Source: Stegostoma tigrinum (taxonomy: Eukaryota). Taken from it: a stretch of DNA of 64,000 bases. Positions 25,486 to 39,800 of this stretch are shown piece by piece. The stretch lies in contig NC_081393.1 in assembly GCF_030684315.1 (NCBI RefSeq), positions 682,001 to 746,000 of the forward strand, in the 5' to 3' direction. Both the position numbers and the translations under genes were made by a program. The notes beneath the pieces were generated by a model. That model saw only the letters and a program-made list of their open reading frames with translations. It was not told where the DNA came from and ran no database searches. Every line of letters starts with the position of its first letter. Positions within the stretch are counted from its first letter, which is position 1.

Positions 25486-25557
<72 letters not shown>
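25486..25557. repeat. (GA)n microsatellite; others at 28368-28402 and 28570-28609, with GA-rich tracts at 21935-22112 and 51420-51660
   Basis: Direct inspection. Confidence 0.95.
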
Positions 25558-25569
<12 letters not shown>

Positions 25570-25774
25570 GAAAGCAGAGAGTAGGATTAAATGATCATTC
25601 TCAGTTTGTGACCAGTGAGTTACTGTAAGGATTAGACTGGGAACCAGTCCCTATCTCAATCGATACCAGAACTCAACTAGAATGTGAGTCATGAGGGGGA
25701 TTGAGACTAACTGAGTGAGAAAGTCAGATCATGGCAGGTGGGTCCTGGTCTGTGTGTATATGGGGAAGGAATTA

Positions 25775-26094
25775 TTGAATCCCTCCAGTGCAGAAGGAGG
25801 CCATTCAGCTCATTGTGTCTGCACTAACCCTCTGGAGAATCCCACCCAATCCCTGTAACCCTGAGTTTCCCACAGCTAACCCACCCAGCCTGCACATCCC
25901 TGGGCACTACAGGACAATTCTCCATGACCAATCAACCCTATACTGCACATGTTTGGAATATGGACGGTGGGGGGGAAACCAGAGCACGCAGAGGGACCCC
26001 ACGCATATACAGGGAGACCACGAAACTCTGCCCAGTCACTCAAAGCTGGAATTGACCCCGGGTTCCTAATGCCGTGAGGCAGCAGTGCTAACTA
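25775..26094 (-). mobile_element. Degenerate V-SINE
   Basis: Diverged similarity to the 2020-2337 copy. Confidence 0.65.
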
Positions 26095-26132
26095 CTTATT
26101 TTGAAATCGTCAAAGTTTTAGAGTTAATATAG

Positions 26133-26353
26133 CATGGAGCTGGAGGAACACAATGGGTCAGGCAGCATCAAAGGAGCAGGAGATTCGATGTTTCGGGTCC
26201 AGACCCTTCATCAGGACTGGTGAAGTCCTGAAGAAGGGTCCCGACACAAAACATCAACTTTCCTGTTCCTCTTTTGTTGTCTGGCCTGCTGTGTTCCTCC
26301 AGCTCCACGCTGTGTTATCTCTGACTCCAGCATCTGCAGTTCCTGCTATCTCA
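26133..26353. mobile_element. Penelope-derived fold-back element
   Basis: Inverted arms around 26220; minus strand CTGATGAAGGGTCTGGACCCGAAACATC at 26214-26187. Confidence 0.75.
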
Positions 26354-26672
26354 AAGTTGTAGAGATGCAGCTTACTTAAGATGGAGAGTTCCTGGTGTGT
26401 GAATGGGAATGTGTTTTCATTAGGAGAGCTTTACCAGAGGACAATATAACACCATCAGTGTGTTTTCAGCTGGAAAGATCAGGATTGGATTTTCTTTGGT
26501 TGGGGGAAATACCCAATGTTTGGTACGTTTTTGTTTTCTATTTACAGGAATCCTGGCTGAAGTTGGATGTGTGATATCATTTCTCCTCAAGAAAGTATTT
26601 AGTTCAGAGAATTTAGGAAATAAGATACCCCAGTGTAAGGGGCGTTAGTGTGAAACTTCCAGACCAGAGTGT

Positions 26673-27374
26673 TAGAACAAAGAACAAAGAAACAAAGAAA
26701 CCTACAGCACAGGAACAGGCCCTTCGGCCCTCCAAGCCTGCATCAATCGAGTTCCTCTGTCTAACCTGTCATCTATTTTCTAACGGTCTGTGTCCATTTG
26801 CTCCCTGACCATCCATGTACCTGTCCAGATATATCTTAAAAGACGCTAACGTGTCTGCGTCTACCACCTCCGCTGGCAACGCATTCCAGGCACCCACCAC
26901 CCTTTGTGTAAAGAACTTTCCACGCATATCTCCCTTAAACTTTCCTCCTCTCACTTTGAACTCATGACCTCTAGTAATTGAGTCCCCCACTCTGGGAAAA
27001 AGCTTTTTGCTATCCACCCTGTCTATACCCCTCATGATTTTGTAGACCTCAGTCAGGTTCCCCCCTCAATCTCCGTCTTTCTAATAAAAATAATCCTAAT
27101 CTTACTCAACCTCTCTTCATAGCAAGCACCCTCCATACCAGGCAACATCCTGGTGAACCTCCTCTGCACCCTCTCCAAAGCATCCACATCTTTTTGGTAA
27201 TGTGGTGACCAGAACTGTACACAGTACTCTAAATGTGGCCAAACCAAAGTCTTATACAACTGCAACATGACCTACCAACTCTTGTACTCAATACCCTGCC
27301 CAATGAAGGAAAGCATGTCGTATGCCTTCCTGACCACCCTATTGACCTGCGTTGTCACCTTCAGGGAACAATGG
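26673..27374 (-). mobile_element. CR1 LINE 3' fragment
   Basis: [19 protein letters not shown]; same subfamily as 60197. Confidence 0.92.
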
Positions 27375-28363
27375 ATTAGATCGCAGAATCAGTATTTGAA
27401 GCTCAAAGTCTGGGCTTGATTATACAAACACTCAGGGAAGCAATCAATGTTTGTCAGTCACCTTTGATGTGCACTTGCTTCCAACATATGGTCATATCTG
27501 AGGCAGCAATGCTCATGTTCTCACTTACAGCATCAGAATCTGGCTGTGGACATCATGATATTGAAGGCTCCAACATTCATTAGAGCTCTATTGTACATGA
27601 CATTCCTTGAGCAACTACTGATCTGGTGAACCACAAGTTAGAGAGTGACCAACATCCGATAGAATGTTATGCTTTGTGTGGTCTGAGATAAGATAGGGTC
27701 TGAGATTATGAGACCCTCAGGTTACATGCTCTCACAGGCGTATTAAGCTCGAGACACAATGCAACAACACTGAAGCATACAGGCATGAAGCTGGCTTGTG
27801 GAGCTTGCTGTGCATTCTTCATCTTCTGTACAGGTGCCAGTCAGGTTGTGCTGTGATCTCACCATTTTCACTCCCAATACAGCAAACAGCTCAGTTTACA
27901 GAACCGTGTGGAATGTGAAACCTGCTTTGAAAGGCAATGGAGCTAATCTCAGCTGATTACACCATCCAGCAGCAGACAATGGGCTCTGGTAACTTGGCAC
28001 AAATACATTAATCATCCAAACATTCAGTCTCTTTAACTCAGCTCTGTAATTACTTACAGCATGACACTGAATCCCTATCATTACAGGTGTCTCAACTCGC
28101 ATCCCAGACGCTGAATGATCTGCAAAGCATTTGCTGCATTGCTGGAATTTCCTTTTTGCTGAATGTTTGTACCCAGACTGCACGGAGGGTGGGACGGCAA
28201 GATACAAAACTCACCTCCATCAAAGTGAGAATTACTACCATGACCACTGTCAAGGTTTTAAGGGAGCATCTGAGGGCCAGAATGAGGAAAAAAAAAATCC
28301 AGGGATGGGGGAATAAAGTCTGAAGAGAGAGAGAGAGAGATAGTGTGTGACTATGGAGGGACA

Positions 28364-28404
<41 letters not shown>

Positions 28405-28566
28405 CAATAATGAGTGTGTAAGAGAGCCTCAGTGTGTGTGCATGAGTGAGAAAAGTGAGTATGGGACCGCCAGTGTACCCAACTAGATGGTTGATGTGAG
28501 TGTCAGAGTGTGTGAAAACAGTGTGTGAATGCACATCTATCTGTGAGTGTGCATTGGGGGGGGGGG

Positions 28567-28615
<49 letters not shown>

Positions 28616-30585
28616 AACTTGCCCTATGCTCATTCTGACTCTCACAAGCAGTGGGTGAAGTCAGAAGTCACAGACTTATTTGGAATCACCAGCTTTCAGA
28701 GCGCTGCTCCTACATCAGGTGAAATAATCCATGTCGTGCTTCAGTTCTCACTGTGTTGGCCCTGCTCCTCCTCTCCCAACCTACTCACCAGCAATGAGCC
28801 TTATGGGAGCGGCTACCATGGCCGACTTTCCAACATTGCTGATATTACGGTCAGAGTGGGGAGGGTGGAAAGAGCAGATGAAGGTAACATGATGGAAGCA
28901 GATACAAACACCTTCAGGCCCTCTCATTCAGGAAGCTAACAGCGAACCCTCTGGACTTGGTATCTGTGTAGACATTAGAGATCAGACTCCAACATCAGGG
29001 CCAGAGCACAAGCTTCTCCTGTAACAGGAGCCCAACTTCAAAAACCCGCTGCATTGATCACACTGGGACTCAGGGTGCCATGGTGATGGTAGACATGCAT
29101 GGCACGAGGATCACGATTCCTTCATTTCATTTTTTGGTAAAAAAAAATTGCAAAATTCCCTCCATAAGGGCAGTGAGAGTCAATGCACAGAACATGGGCT
29201 GCAGCGGTTCAAGAAGGCAGCTCACACCCCAGCTCCTCGAGGGGGCAACTAGGGATGGAGCAATAAATGCTGGGCTCAGTCAGTGACACTCACATGCCAC
29301 AAGTGGGAAAGGGAAAAGTGCCCTGCAGTGCCACAAAATGCCAGCAGAGGCTGGTAGGGGCCTGACTATGGCACCTGCTGCTGGCAATGCCCAGCCACTA
29401 GGAGGCACTGGGCTCCAACTGAGGAGCCCAGGTAGGAACTATTACTGTGAAAAATTTAGGGCAAGTTTAGCCAGTCCCCTCCCTGGGAGCAAGTTGGGGC
29501 GTGGGGGAGGTAGTGTGATGAAAGGCCGAGTATACAGGCCTGTGCTGGCTGCAGTTTAGAAAAATGTGAGACAATCTTCGAGACAGATCTCCCTCGCCGA
29601 AGCTTGTTGCAATGAACCACACAGAGACACAGACAAACTATATGGAGGTAGGGTCTCAGAACATTGAGTCAGTTAGATGGAGATGAAGAGAAATCCCACC
29701 AATTAAACAGGAGCTTTCAGAATTCTCAAAGCATAGCTGTGTGCGTGGTCGCAGAGTACGTCGAAATGGAGAGAACGTGGGTCACAAAAGAAAAGGCATC
29801 AAGCAGAAAAGTGAATGAAGGTCAAAGATTAGCCGTGATCTTATTGAATGGCAGCACAGATTTAGGGAAGAGAATGGCCTGCTCCCACTTTGTGTTTTTC
29901 TAACTGTTATTCTTATTGAGCCTGTAACCAGTGAGTCTTTCCTCAGGAAAGATTGACTGGATCCATTTCGGAGAATGAAACTCAGAGCTCGGGGTATTTG
30001 AGAAAACCCAAACCGTCAGAGGCACATGTTCCAATTACACCATGATAAGTCCATGCTCAGGAACGTGGACCCCGTACCACGGTGAGCTGCCAGAGCTGAG
30101 GGAATAGTCCAAACAGACATGTCTGACCAGCCCTGCGTCCCAAGACCCACCCTGGAAGTTCGAATGCTTCAGCAATGCCAGTCCAGCCAGCAAAATAGTT
30201 TAGGAGTAAGGCACCTCTTGCAGGGCAGCATTCCTGGCAAAGGCACAGAAAGAAAGATCCCAGTCGCCTGGGGTACAGGATCCATCTCCCAGGGATGATT
30301 GGGAGGATAGGGGAATTAAAGGCTGGGTGCAGATTATCTGGGAACAATTGCGCTGTTGTCTGTGAGATCTTGCTGTGTGAAATTAGCTGCTCTGATTCCT
30401 CAGTGACAGCAGTGGAAAAGCCCAAGTGAACGCACATTTCCCTTCCAAATGAAAGGAAGCAATTACTTTATAACGGCTAACGTAGAGAGTCTCAAACAGT
30501 CCAGGTCGGAGATTCAGGAAACCTGTAGCCTTCACATTAACCTTGGCTGAGCAGCAGAGATTAATCCACAAAATGCCATCATTCC

Positions 30586-30591
30586 TTTATT
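30586..30591 (-). terminator. Candidate PDLIM2 polyadenylation signal
   Basis: AATAAA on the minus strand about 70 nt after the stop codon. Confidence 0.45.
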
Positions 30592-30660
30592 AAATCAAAT
30601 CAGTGGGTATTTAACAAAAGGGGGTTTGCAGTGGTCGTCTGGTGGGTTATAGAGCTCTGC

Positions 30661-30829
30661 TCAAGAGCTGCCCTCTGCTTCCTGGAACCGTTTCTGAGCG
30701 TGTTTCTCACAGTACATCTGATCACGAAACCAGAAATGGCCTCTCATACTGAGGTTGAGACCACAGTCAGTGCAGACATAGCACTGCTGGTGCCGGTAAC
30801 AGCCATCTCGAATCTTCACCGCCTCCATC
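30661..30829 (-). CDS. PDLIM2: PDLIM2 last exon (LIM)
   Basis: gctgcag|MEAVKIRDGCYRHQQCYVCTDCGLNLSMRGHFWFRDQMYCEKHAQKRFQEAEGSS*. Confidence 0.95.
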
Positions 30830-33800
30830 CTGCAGCATGACAGAAATGACAGCAATGACAGGATACAAAATCGCCAGCCCTCAGTCACCTCCCCCGGCTC
30901 ACTCCGTACAGGGATCAATCCCAGTCCGCGGGGACACAGTAGGATTCAGGGACTACTGGAGAGAGAGAGAGACAGCAAGAGTGAGAGTGAGAGTGTGAGC
31001 GAGTCCTTTGGAGCAATGGGCAGCATTATGGAACCGAATCCAGAATGGGCAGCGTCTTTCTGAGGGAGATTACTCCCTCAGCCCATCTAGCTTTGCTTTC
31101 TGTGCAGCCACCTCCTGCTGCCTGTTTCACCTCCAGCTGATTACATCCTCAGACCACACTGACTAATACTCACGTAATGTTTGATCCACATTTCTCACAC
31201 ATACGATATTTGGGCACTGGTGTGTCTGGGGCCAAGGGAGAGAATCTTCCAGGGAACTGTACTGCTGCTCCTGGTGGGGGCGGGGGGGGGGGGGGGGGTG
31301 GTAGGGGAAAAGGAGATAGAGAGATTCTGTCACACACAGCATCCATATTTCCTCCCTCCCCAGTTACACTATCCATCCTATCCTCCCCTGCTCCTGCACC
31401 CTCTCTCATCTCTCCCACAATATCCTCCTAACATCCCAAAAACCTCCTACCCCACGCCCAGCCGAGCCAAGCCCCTCCTCACCATCCTGGTCTGCATCCA
31501 GTGCCTCTTGAAGCTGACGGAAACGGTTCGACTGTCGAGGAGGTTCCTTTGCAGCTCGATTCTCCTGGATCATCTTGTAAACCTCCGAGTCTTTGTCAAT
31601 TCGATTTGAGGAACGACGATCTAGGACCCTGGGGGCAGCGAGGCAAATGGTGTCACGGACAAAAATAAGTCAAAAGGACAATATACAGCCACCCCACTGC
31701 CCACCCGAGCACTGCGTATCCCAGAACCACCCACCCAAACGCCGCCCACCCCGAACCATCTACCTGACCCCACCGCCCACCAGAGCACTGCGCACCTGAG
31801 ATCTGCCTACCCAACCCCACCGCACACCCCAGCAACCCCCACCTGAGCACCACTCGTCCTAGTGCTGCCCACTGTCCTGCCCACCTCACCTCACCCCACC
31901 CCACCCCACAGTCCACCCAGGCACTGCTTCCCTGGGCTGGTGGGTGGGTGGGGACGGGTGGGAATCAGTTTGATAAACCCCTGTGGATCAAGCAGCAACA
32001 CAAACAGCTGCAATGATGCGACGATGTCAGCGATGGACTGGAGAGGTCAACAATCAGAAATCACATAACGTCACAGGCTTTCGCAGCGCTGCTCCTTCAT
32101 TACTCTCTGAAAGCTGGTGATCTTAAAATCAACCTGCTATATGATAAACTCGTGACTTGAGAAAATACAGTTACAGATTCAGATGGAGTAACAGAATTAA
32201 AAGCTCGAATCATAAATTGCAACTTGCGTTCCTACAGCGCGTTCAATAGCGACACTGCAGCTGGGAGTATTGTGCACAGTTGTAGGCCCTGTGTTATTGG
32301 AAAACATTGGAGACAGTGCAGAAGCAGTTTACAAGAATGGCTCCAGGAATGAGAAATGTCAGTGATGTTGAAGAAATTGGGACTATTCTCCTTGGACAGA
32401 AGCAGTCCGAGAGGAGGTCAGAGCGTGGGCTGGGCTGTGTAGGTAGAGAGATGCTGTAGCCACTTGTAAAAGGAACGAGAACAAAAGAGATAGTAAGAAC
32501 TGCTGATGCTGGAGTCTGAGATAACAGTGTGGAGCTGGAGGAACACAGCAACACCAGCAGCATCTGAGGCACAGGAAAGTTGACGAACAAACAGGGCACA
32601 GATTTAAAGCTACGTGCAAACAAAGCAAGGGTGATGTGAGGAAGAAAAAACTTTTCCACACAGCAAGTAGTTAGTGTTTGGGATGCACTGCCTGGAAGCG
32701 TGATGGAGGCAGGTTCAACTGAGAGGCATTTAAGAGGGCACTGGATGGTTATTTATACAGAAACGGGGAGCAGGGAAATGGGGAACAGGCAGGAGGACTG
32801 CAAAGTGTCATGATACCCATTTAGGCAGCCAGCACAGGTGTGATGAGCTGAATGGCCCGCTCCTATATTGTAACATTCATTTGCAAAGACACTTCACAGG
32901 AACACAAACCAACAGTTCATGTTTGACACGAACCACATTAAAGATGGATGAGCAAACGCACAGGAGGAAGTCAGCTTTCTGAAAGAGCGAAGGATCAAAC
33001 CAGAGAGTGAAGGGCCCAAGTAACTGAAAGTACTGCCACTGACGGGAAAGGGAATACTGGTGATGTCCTACCCCCACACTGTGACCTGAACCTGCCTCAT
33101 ATATGTCGCTGACCGGCTGTGAGAAAGGCTTCCTTTGGTTGTACAATGTCCTGAGGTGGTGAAACGTGCTGTTGAAATGTTAGTCCTTATGTGAATGGTG
33201 TGGGAGATCTGCCGACACACTGACACATACCCTTTGCTCAGAGCAGTGGAACTGGGAGAGTGTGATCCTTCAGTCTGATACCTCACCTCTGAGGGACTCG
33301 AGTCTGTGGACAGGCTCACCCTAGGCACAGAGCAGGAACTGGAGATGGGAGAAAGGCTTCTGTGGCCCCTGATTCCTGCCTGGAATCCCTGAAACAAACA
33401 GAAGAAGCAAGAGTCAAGACACCAAAGCACCAAACCTACTGGCTGGAAGAGGAGAAAGGCCCTTTAGCCCCTCACCAGGACACTGGGTGAGGGAGTATTC
33501 TCCACACAGATGGGCCTCACTGCTCAGGAAATTCCTTTTACCTACATGGGCTCACCGCTCCCTCACTGCTTGCAGTAGTTCCTCACCAGACAGACAGGCA
33601 TCCCAAGAGTCACAGTGATACAGCATAAATCCCACCCCATCCAGCACCACACGCGCGTACACACACAGCCTCCCTCTCCCTCTTAGACGCGCACACACAG
33701 AGAAGACACCTGGGATGTGTGTCTCCCCCAGCAGTTTTGGGATCACCCACCTTTGGCACCGTATTTCCACGAAATGCTGCCTCCTTCTCTTCTGAGCTCC

Positions 33801-36800
33801 AAACTGAGGACATGGACCTGGAACAAAAAGAAAATTCAATCAAATGTTCTGCACCATTCACAGCTCCTTAAATACTGAGGTATTGAAGGGCATTGGGAAC
33901 CTTGGTTTTCTTTATATATATTCATGATCCGGATCATGGCGCGTTGGGGACAATTTCAAAGTTTGAAGGTGACTTGAAACTTGAAAGCGTTATAAACTTT
34001 TGAGGACAGTGTGGGAATCCAGAAGGACATTGACAGGTTGGCGACGGCGGGGGGCAGTGGCAGATGAAGTTCTTTGCGGAGATGTTGGAGGTGATATACT
34101 TTGGTCAGATGAACATTGAAAGCTAATAGAACTGTACCCTCTATTTCATGAAGGAGCAAAGGGACCAGGATATGTGTGTGCACAGACCATTGAAGGGGGC
34201 AGATGAAGACATCAGTAAATAAAGCAACTTGTAAAAGGAACGAGAACAAAAGAGATAGTAAGAACTGCTGATGCAGTGCTCCTGGTTTTCTTGATAGGGG
34301 CATACAGTACAAGTGCAAAAAGGTGACGTTCAACTTGCATTAGACAGGGAACAGACCCCTCACCTAGAGGGGGCAAGCACATTCAAGTACAATGTCCCCC
34401 CTGCCCCTAGAACATTTGACCAACTTGGACCATTTTCTTGTTTCCGTTCATAAGCAAACTCACCTCCTGTTAGTGTTCGGAGAGACGGACTTCCCATCAG
34501 GAGCAGGGGAGAGGGATCGCATAGGCGAGAGGTTCGGGGATCGTGGATTACAGCCTGCACTCCACCCTCTCTCGACGAGATTCTTATTCTCATCCCTGAA
34601 TGGTTGTAGGACAGTCTTGGAAAAGCGTAGAGGAAAAGGGAAAATTTGTCTAATTTCCTGAAACATGGACCTCCACAGCCTCAAGAACATGCAATTCAAT
34701 ATCTCTGTAATAATATTCTAACAGGCTACACAGTCAATGTACAACACATTCCTTTAATAAACACAGGCAATAAGAGTCAATTTGCTCACAGTACTGCAGT
34801 GCGCCATCCAACGCAGCGCTCCCTCAGCGCTGACCCTCCGGCAGTGCGACGTTCCAGTATTACTGAGGTGATATTTGGATTCTCAGTGGAGTAATAATGT
34901 GATAGAATGGGAAGGGGGGGACTGAGGTAGCTCAGTAATAATCTTACTGAATGAAGAGAAAAAAACCCCCAGCTAAGGAGCTGCTTCCTGCTCCTGATGT
35001 TCTAGCTGAAGGTTTGGACTCAATCCCAGAACAGTACTGTCAGCAGTGTTAAGAGATGGTTAGATGGTAGACGGTTGCTTATGCAGCAGGGTACTGTCCC
35101 TACTTCTGAGCCAGGAGGCGTGAGCTCACAGCCCACCTGTGCCAAAGGTGTGTAGTAACATCCCAGTACAGGTTCATTCAAAAATACCTGAACATAGAGA
35201 GAGGTCGGGGGGGGAGCAAGAGTGCAACGAGACACAGGCACAGAGTGGGAGTGGGAACGGGTTGGGGGGGGGGGGGGGAGGCGAAGAGCAAGAGTGAGAC
35301 ACGCAGACAGAGAGAGATGTAAAGAGACAGACATTACTGAATAGACTGGGGCTATTTTCCCTGGAGCACTGGAAGCTGACAGGTGACTTTATAGAAATTT
35401 ATAAAATAATGAGGGGCATGGATAGGGTGAATAGGGTCTGTTCCCTGGGGTGGGAGCATCCAAAACTAGAGTGCATAGGTTTGAGTTGGGAGGGGAAAAA
35501 TTTAAAAGGGACCTAACGGGCAACTTGTTCACACAGAGGGTGGTGTGTGTATGGAATGAGCTGCCAGAGGAAGTGGTGGAGACTGGTACAATTACAGCAT
35601 TTAAAAGGCATCTGGATGGATATGTGAATAGGAAAGATTTAGAGGGATAGGAGCCAAATGCTGGCAAACAGGGGCTAGGTTAATTTAGGAGGCCTGGTCA
35701 GCATGGACGAGTTGGTCTAAAAGGGCCTGTTTCTGTGCTGTATATCTCTATGACCTTCTCAAGCTTGTATTGCCCAAACACGGTGCATGTGAGTGTAGAC
35801 AGTGAGTCAGTATAGTCCTCAGAGCAACGATAGTGATTTGGCCAGTGCTGGGCCAGAATCAGACTGGAACCACCGCTGTACCTTCCTGAGACACAGCATG
35901 GCCTGCAACCAACTCTCACCTGGAATCTCTGCGCAAGGAAGGTGTCAGTGGGAGATCCATCAGAGAGTCCAGGGGAACCTGCCTCTGGCCTTGGATGACA
36001 ACAAAAAAAAACAGAAACACATTGAGACATTACAACATTGAAAATCAAATTACTTCGAGTCATTAGGAGCACCAGGCCACAGAAGCTAAACTATTGCATG
36101 CTCAAACTTCTCTACACAAGGCATTGTTTTCAAATCCGCAAAGACACCAGCCTCATTAAAGTCTATCTGTGTCGTCGTAAGGTGTTGTGGCATAGTGGTA
36201 CCCACCCTTACTCTGAACCAGGCCTGGATTCAAGTCCCACCTCTTCCTGAGGTCTGCAATAACACATCTGAATAAATGGATGAGCCAACATTGATATGTA
36301 TCATGGTGGTTACTGGATTTAAAAACCCAGGGAAAGATGCTCAAACCCAGAAAGCTGCAGTTTCAGAATATCAGCAAGAGGTATATTTTCCAAAGGGAGA
36401 GAAACACAGAGGCCAAGACCCAGGCAAGAGCACTCCTAATACTCAGCCAGAAAATGAACTTCTGTCCCTGGGTGACAGGCCTGAGATCCGCCTGACAGAC
36501 CGGGTCCCTAAACAGTGACCCAGCAACAGGCAGCACAAGGGTGACGGAGGTGATACACTCAGACTCAGTGCAGGAACGAAAGCACCAAGACTCAGAGCTG
36601 GTACAACAGTCTCTGAGTCACAAATGTTGATGCGCCCACGGTTAACGGACTCATTCAACATTATTCTGTTCGGGGGGGAAAGTCACCGGGATAGTCCCTC
36701 TCATGCTAACCAGCATCAGGCCAGAGTCAGACAGCATTTACCACCAAACAGCTCCTTTTTGATCCACTGAGTCCCCCACTCTGGGGGAAAAATCTTTTTG

Positions 36801-39800
36801 CTATCCACCCTGTCTATACCCCTCATGGTTTTGTTGATCTCAATCAGGTTCCCCCATCAATCTCCGTCTTTCTAATGAAAATAATCCTAATCTACTCAAC
36901 CTCTCTTCATAGCTAGCACCCTCCATATCAGGCAACATCCTGGTGAACCTCCTCTGCACCCTCTCCAAAGCATCCACATCCTTTTGGTAATGTGGCGACC
37001 AGAACTGCACACAGTATTCCAAATGTGGCCAAACTAAAGTCCTATACAACTGCAACATGACCTGCCAACTCTTGTACTCAATACCCGCCCAATGAAGGAA
37101 AGCATGCCGTATGCCTTCTTGACCCCTCAATCCACCCGCATTGCCACCTTCAGGGAACAATGGACCTGAACACCCAGATCTCTCTGTTCATCAATTTTCC
37201 CCAGGACTTTTCCATTTACTGTATAGGTCACTCTTGAATTGGATCTTCCACAATAGCCTCCTCCATCATCAGTTTGAACCCTCTCCCCCTCCAACCCATT
37301 CCCCTCCACCCCTGTACCCTGAAAGGAAAGCCTGCGACAAGGGGAGCAGACTGGTTTTTAAAAGTGGCAGGTATAAAGGTCAGTGGGAATTCAAAAGGGT
37401 GGGCAATGGAGGGGAGTGCACCAGACACACAAACACACTCATGGATACCAACTGCTTTCAGACACCCTGAAACATCGCCCTATTCCTGCTCCATTTGCTA
37501 TGCTTATCGATACTGCTTGCCCAAGTTACACTGAACCCCAACTGGTTACCCTCCAGCCTGCAGCCTGAGCAAACCTGTCCTCTCCCTCAGTCCCTGCATT
37601 AGCAGCACGCCTGGTACCAGAGGCACTGGAACACACCGCATGGCCGCGCAGTGTCAGACTGAGGGAGTGGTGGGTCACAACAGTATCGTGCACCAGCCTC
37701 TCCTCCAAGCGGACCCTGGGCCTTACGGGCACAGCCAGCACAGGACTGACAGACAAAGCTGAGGACTTACCTCATCCAGTGGCAGGCAGTAATTCTCTGT
37801 ACTCGGAGACAAAGCACCCACCCCCCCAACACAAAGGCTGTGTCCCCAACCTTCCAGCAACTCTCCCAGCCACACACCTCTCAACGTTGAGGATGAGGTC
37901 TCCTTCACACATTCGGATCCTGTTCTGAGCCTCCATGTTGAGCATGTCACAGGTTTCAGCCCCATTGATGCTGGTGATCTGGTCTCCAAGGCGGAGATCC
38001 ACTAAATCTGCTTTGCTCCCACTGGTCACCTGTGAGCAGAGAAGGGAAAGAGAGGTGTTCAATTTCTGAAGAGTTCCTTTTGTGTCGCTTTATTTACTGA
38101 GTCCAGCTGGATGAGTAAATGAAGGACATTGGGATAATTGGCACCAGGAGCAGGCCAGATATTGAGACGTAAGGAGAACTAATTTTCCTTTTACAGAGTG
38201 AGCTGCAGCAATCCCTGGCATGTTCCTGAAAAGGAACAGCAATGGGAACTTCAGAAACAAAACAAAAAGAGAATTAAATAAATACATGAACGATGTCAGA
38301 GTTGAACCCATCCAGGCCGGCGTGGGGAGTATTCCATCATACTCCTGACTTGTCACATGTAGACAGTGGTCAAGCTTTGGAGCATCAGGAAGGGATTTAT
38401 TCACTGCACCATTCAAAACCTCTAACCTGCTTTTGTAGCCACTGTTTAGAGGGAAGGTCCAGTCCAGTTTGTGGTCGATGGTAACCCAGAGGGGGGTGAT
38501 CATGGGGAATTTAGAAATGGTAACACCAGTGAACGTGAGAGGGGAGTTGAAGAGAATATTTTCACTCGGAGATGCTCATTGCCTGGCTCCATGTGGAGTC
38601 TATGTATCTTTCACCTTCTCAACACAGGCTGGGTATTGTCCAGCTCAGGCAGCATATGGACACAGATTGCCTCAGGGTGTGGGGCAGGGCACAGTGTGTC
38701 AGTGATAGACTACCACAGGCCTTCATTCAAGGAACAGCTCCTGTGTGTCCTAGATAAGTATGTACCTGTCAGGCAGGGAGGAAACTGTAGAGCGTGGGAG
38801 CCGTGGTTTATGAAGGGTGTGGAATCTCTGGTCAAGATGAAGAAGAAGGCTTATGTTAGGATGAGATGTGAAGGCTCAGTTAGGGCACTTGAGGGCTACG
38901 TGGTAGCCAGGGAAGACCTAAAGAGAGAGCTCAGAAGAACCAGGAGGAGACATGAAAAGTTGTTGGCAGATACGATCAGGGTAAACCCTAAGGCTTTCTA
39001 TCCATATTTAAGGAATAAAAGAATGACGAAAGTAAGATTAGGCCCAATCAAGGATAGTAGTGGTAAGTTGTGTGTGGAGTCAGATGAGATAGGGGAAGCG
39101 CTAAATGAATATTTTTCAATAGTATTCACTCTAGAAAACGACAATGTTGTCGAGGAGAATACTGAGATACAGGCTACTAGACTAGGTGGGATTGAGGTTC
39201 ACATGGAAGAGGTTATTAGAAACCCTTCAGAGGGTGAAGATAGATAAATCCCCGGGCTGGATGGGATTTATCCTCGGATCCTCTGGGAAGCCAGGGAGAA
39301 GATTGCCGAGCCTTTGGCATTGATCTTTAACTCGTCATTGTCTACAGGAATAGTGCCAGACGACTGGAGGATAGCAAATGTGGTTCCCCTGTTCAAGAAG
39401 GGGAGTAGAGACAACCCTGGTAATTATAGACCATTGAGCCTTCCCTCAGTTGTTGGTAAAGTGTTGGAAAAGGTTATAAGGGATAGGATTTATAAACATC
39501 TAGAAGAGAATAAATTGATTAGGGATAGTCAGCACGATTTTGTGAAGGGAAGGTCATGCCTCACAAACATTATTGAGTTCTTTGATTAGGTGACCAAACA
39601 GGTAGATGAGAGTAAACCGGTTGATGTGGTGTATATGGATTTCTGCAAGGTGTTCGATAAGGTTCCCCACAGTAGGCTATTGTGCAAAATGCGGAGGAAT
39701 GGAATTGTGGGAGATATTGCAGTTTGGATCGGAAATTGGCTTGCTGAAAGAAGACAGAGGGTGGTAGTTGATGGGAAATGTTCATCCTGGAGACCAGTTA

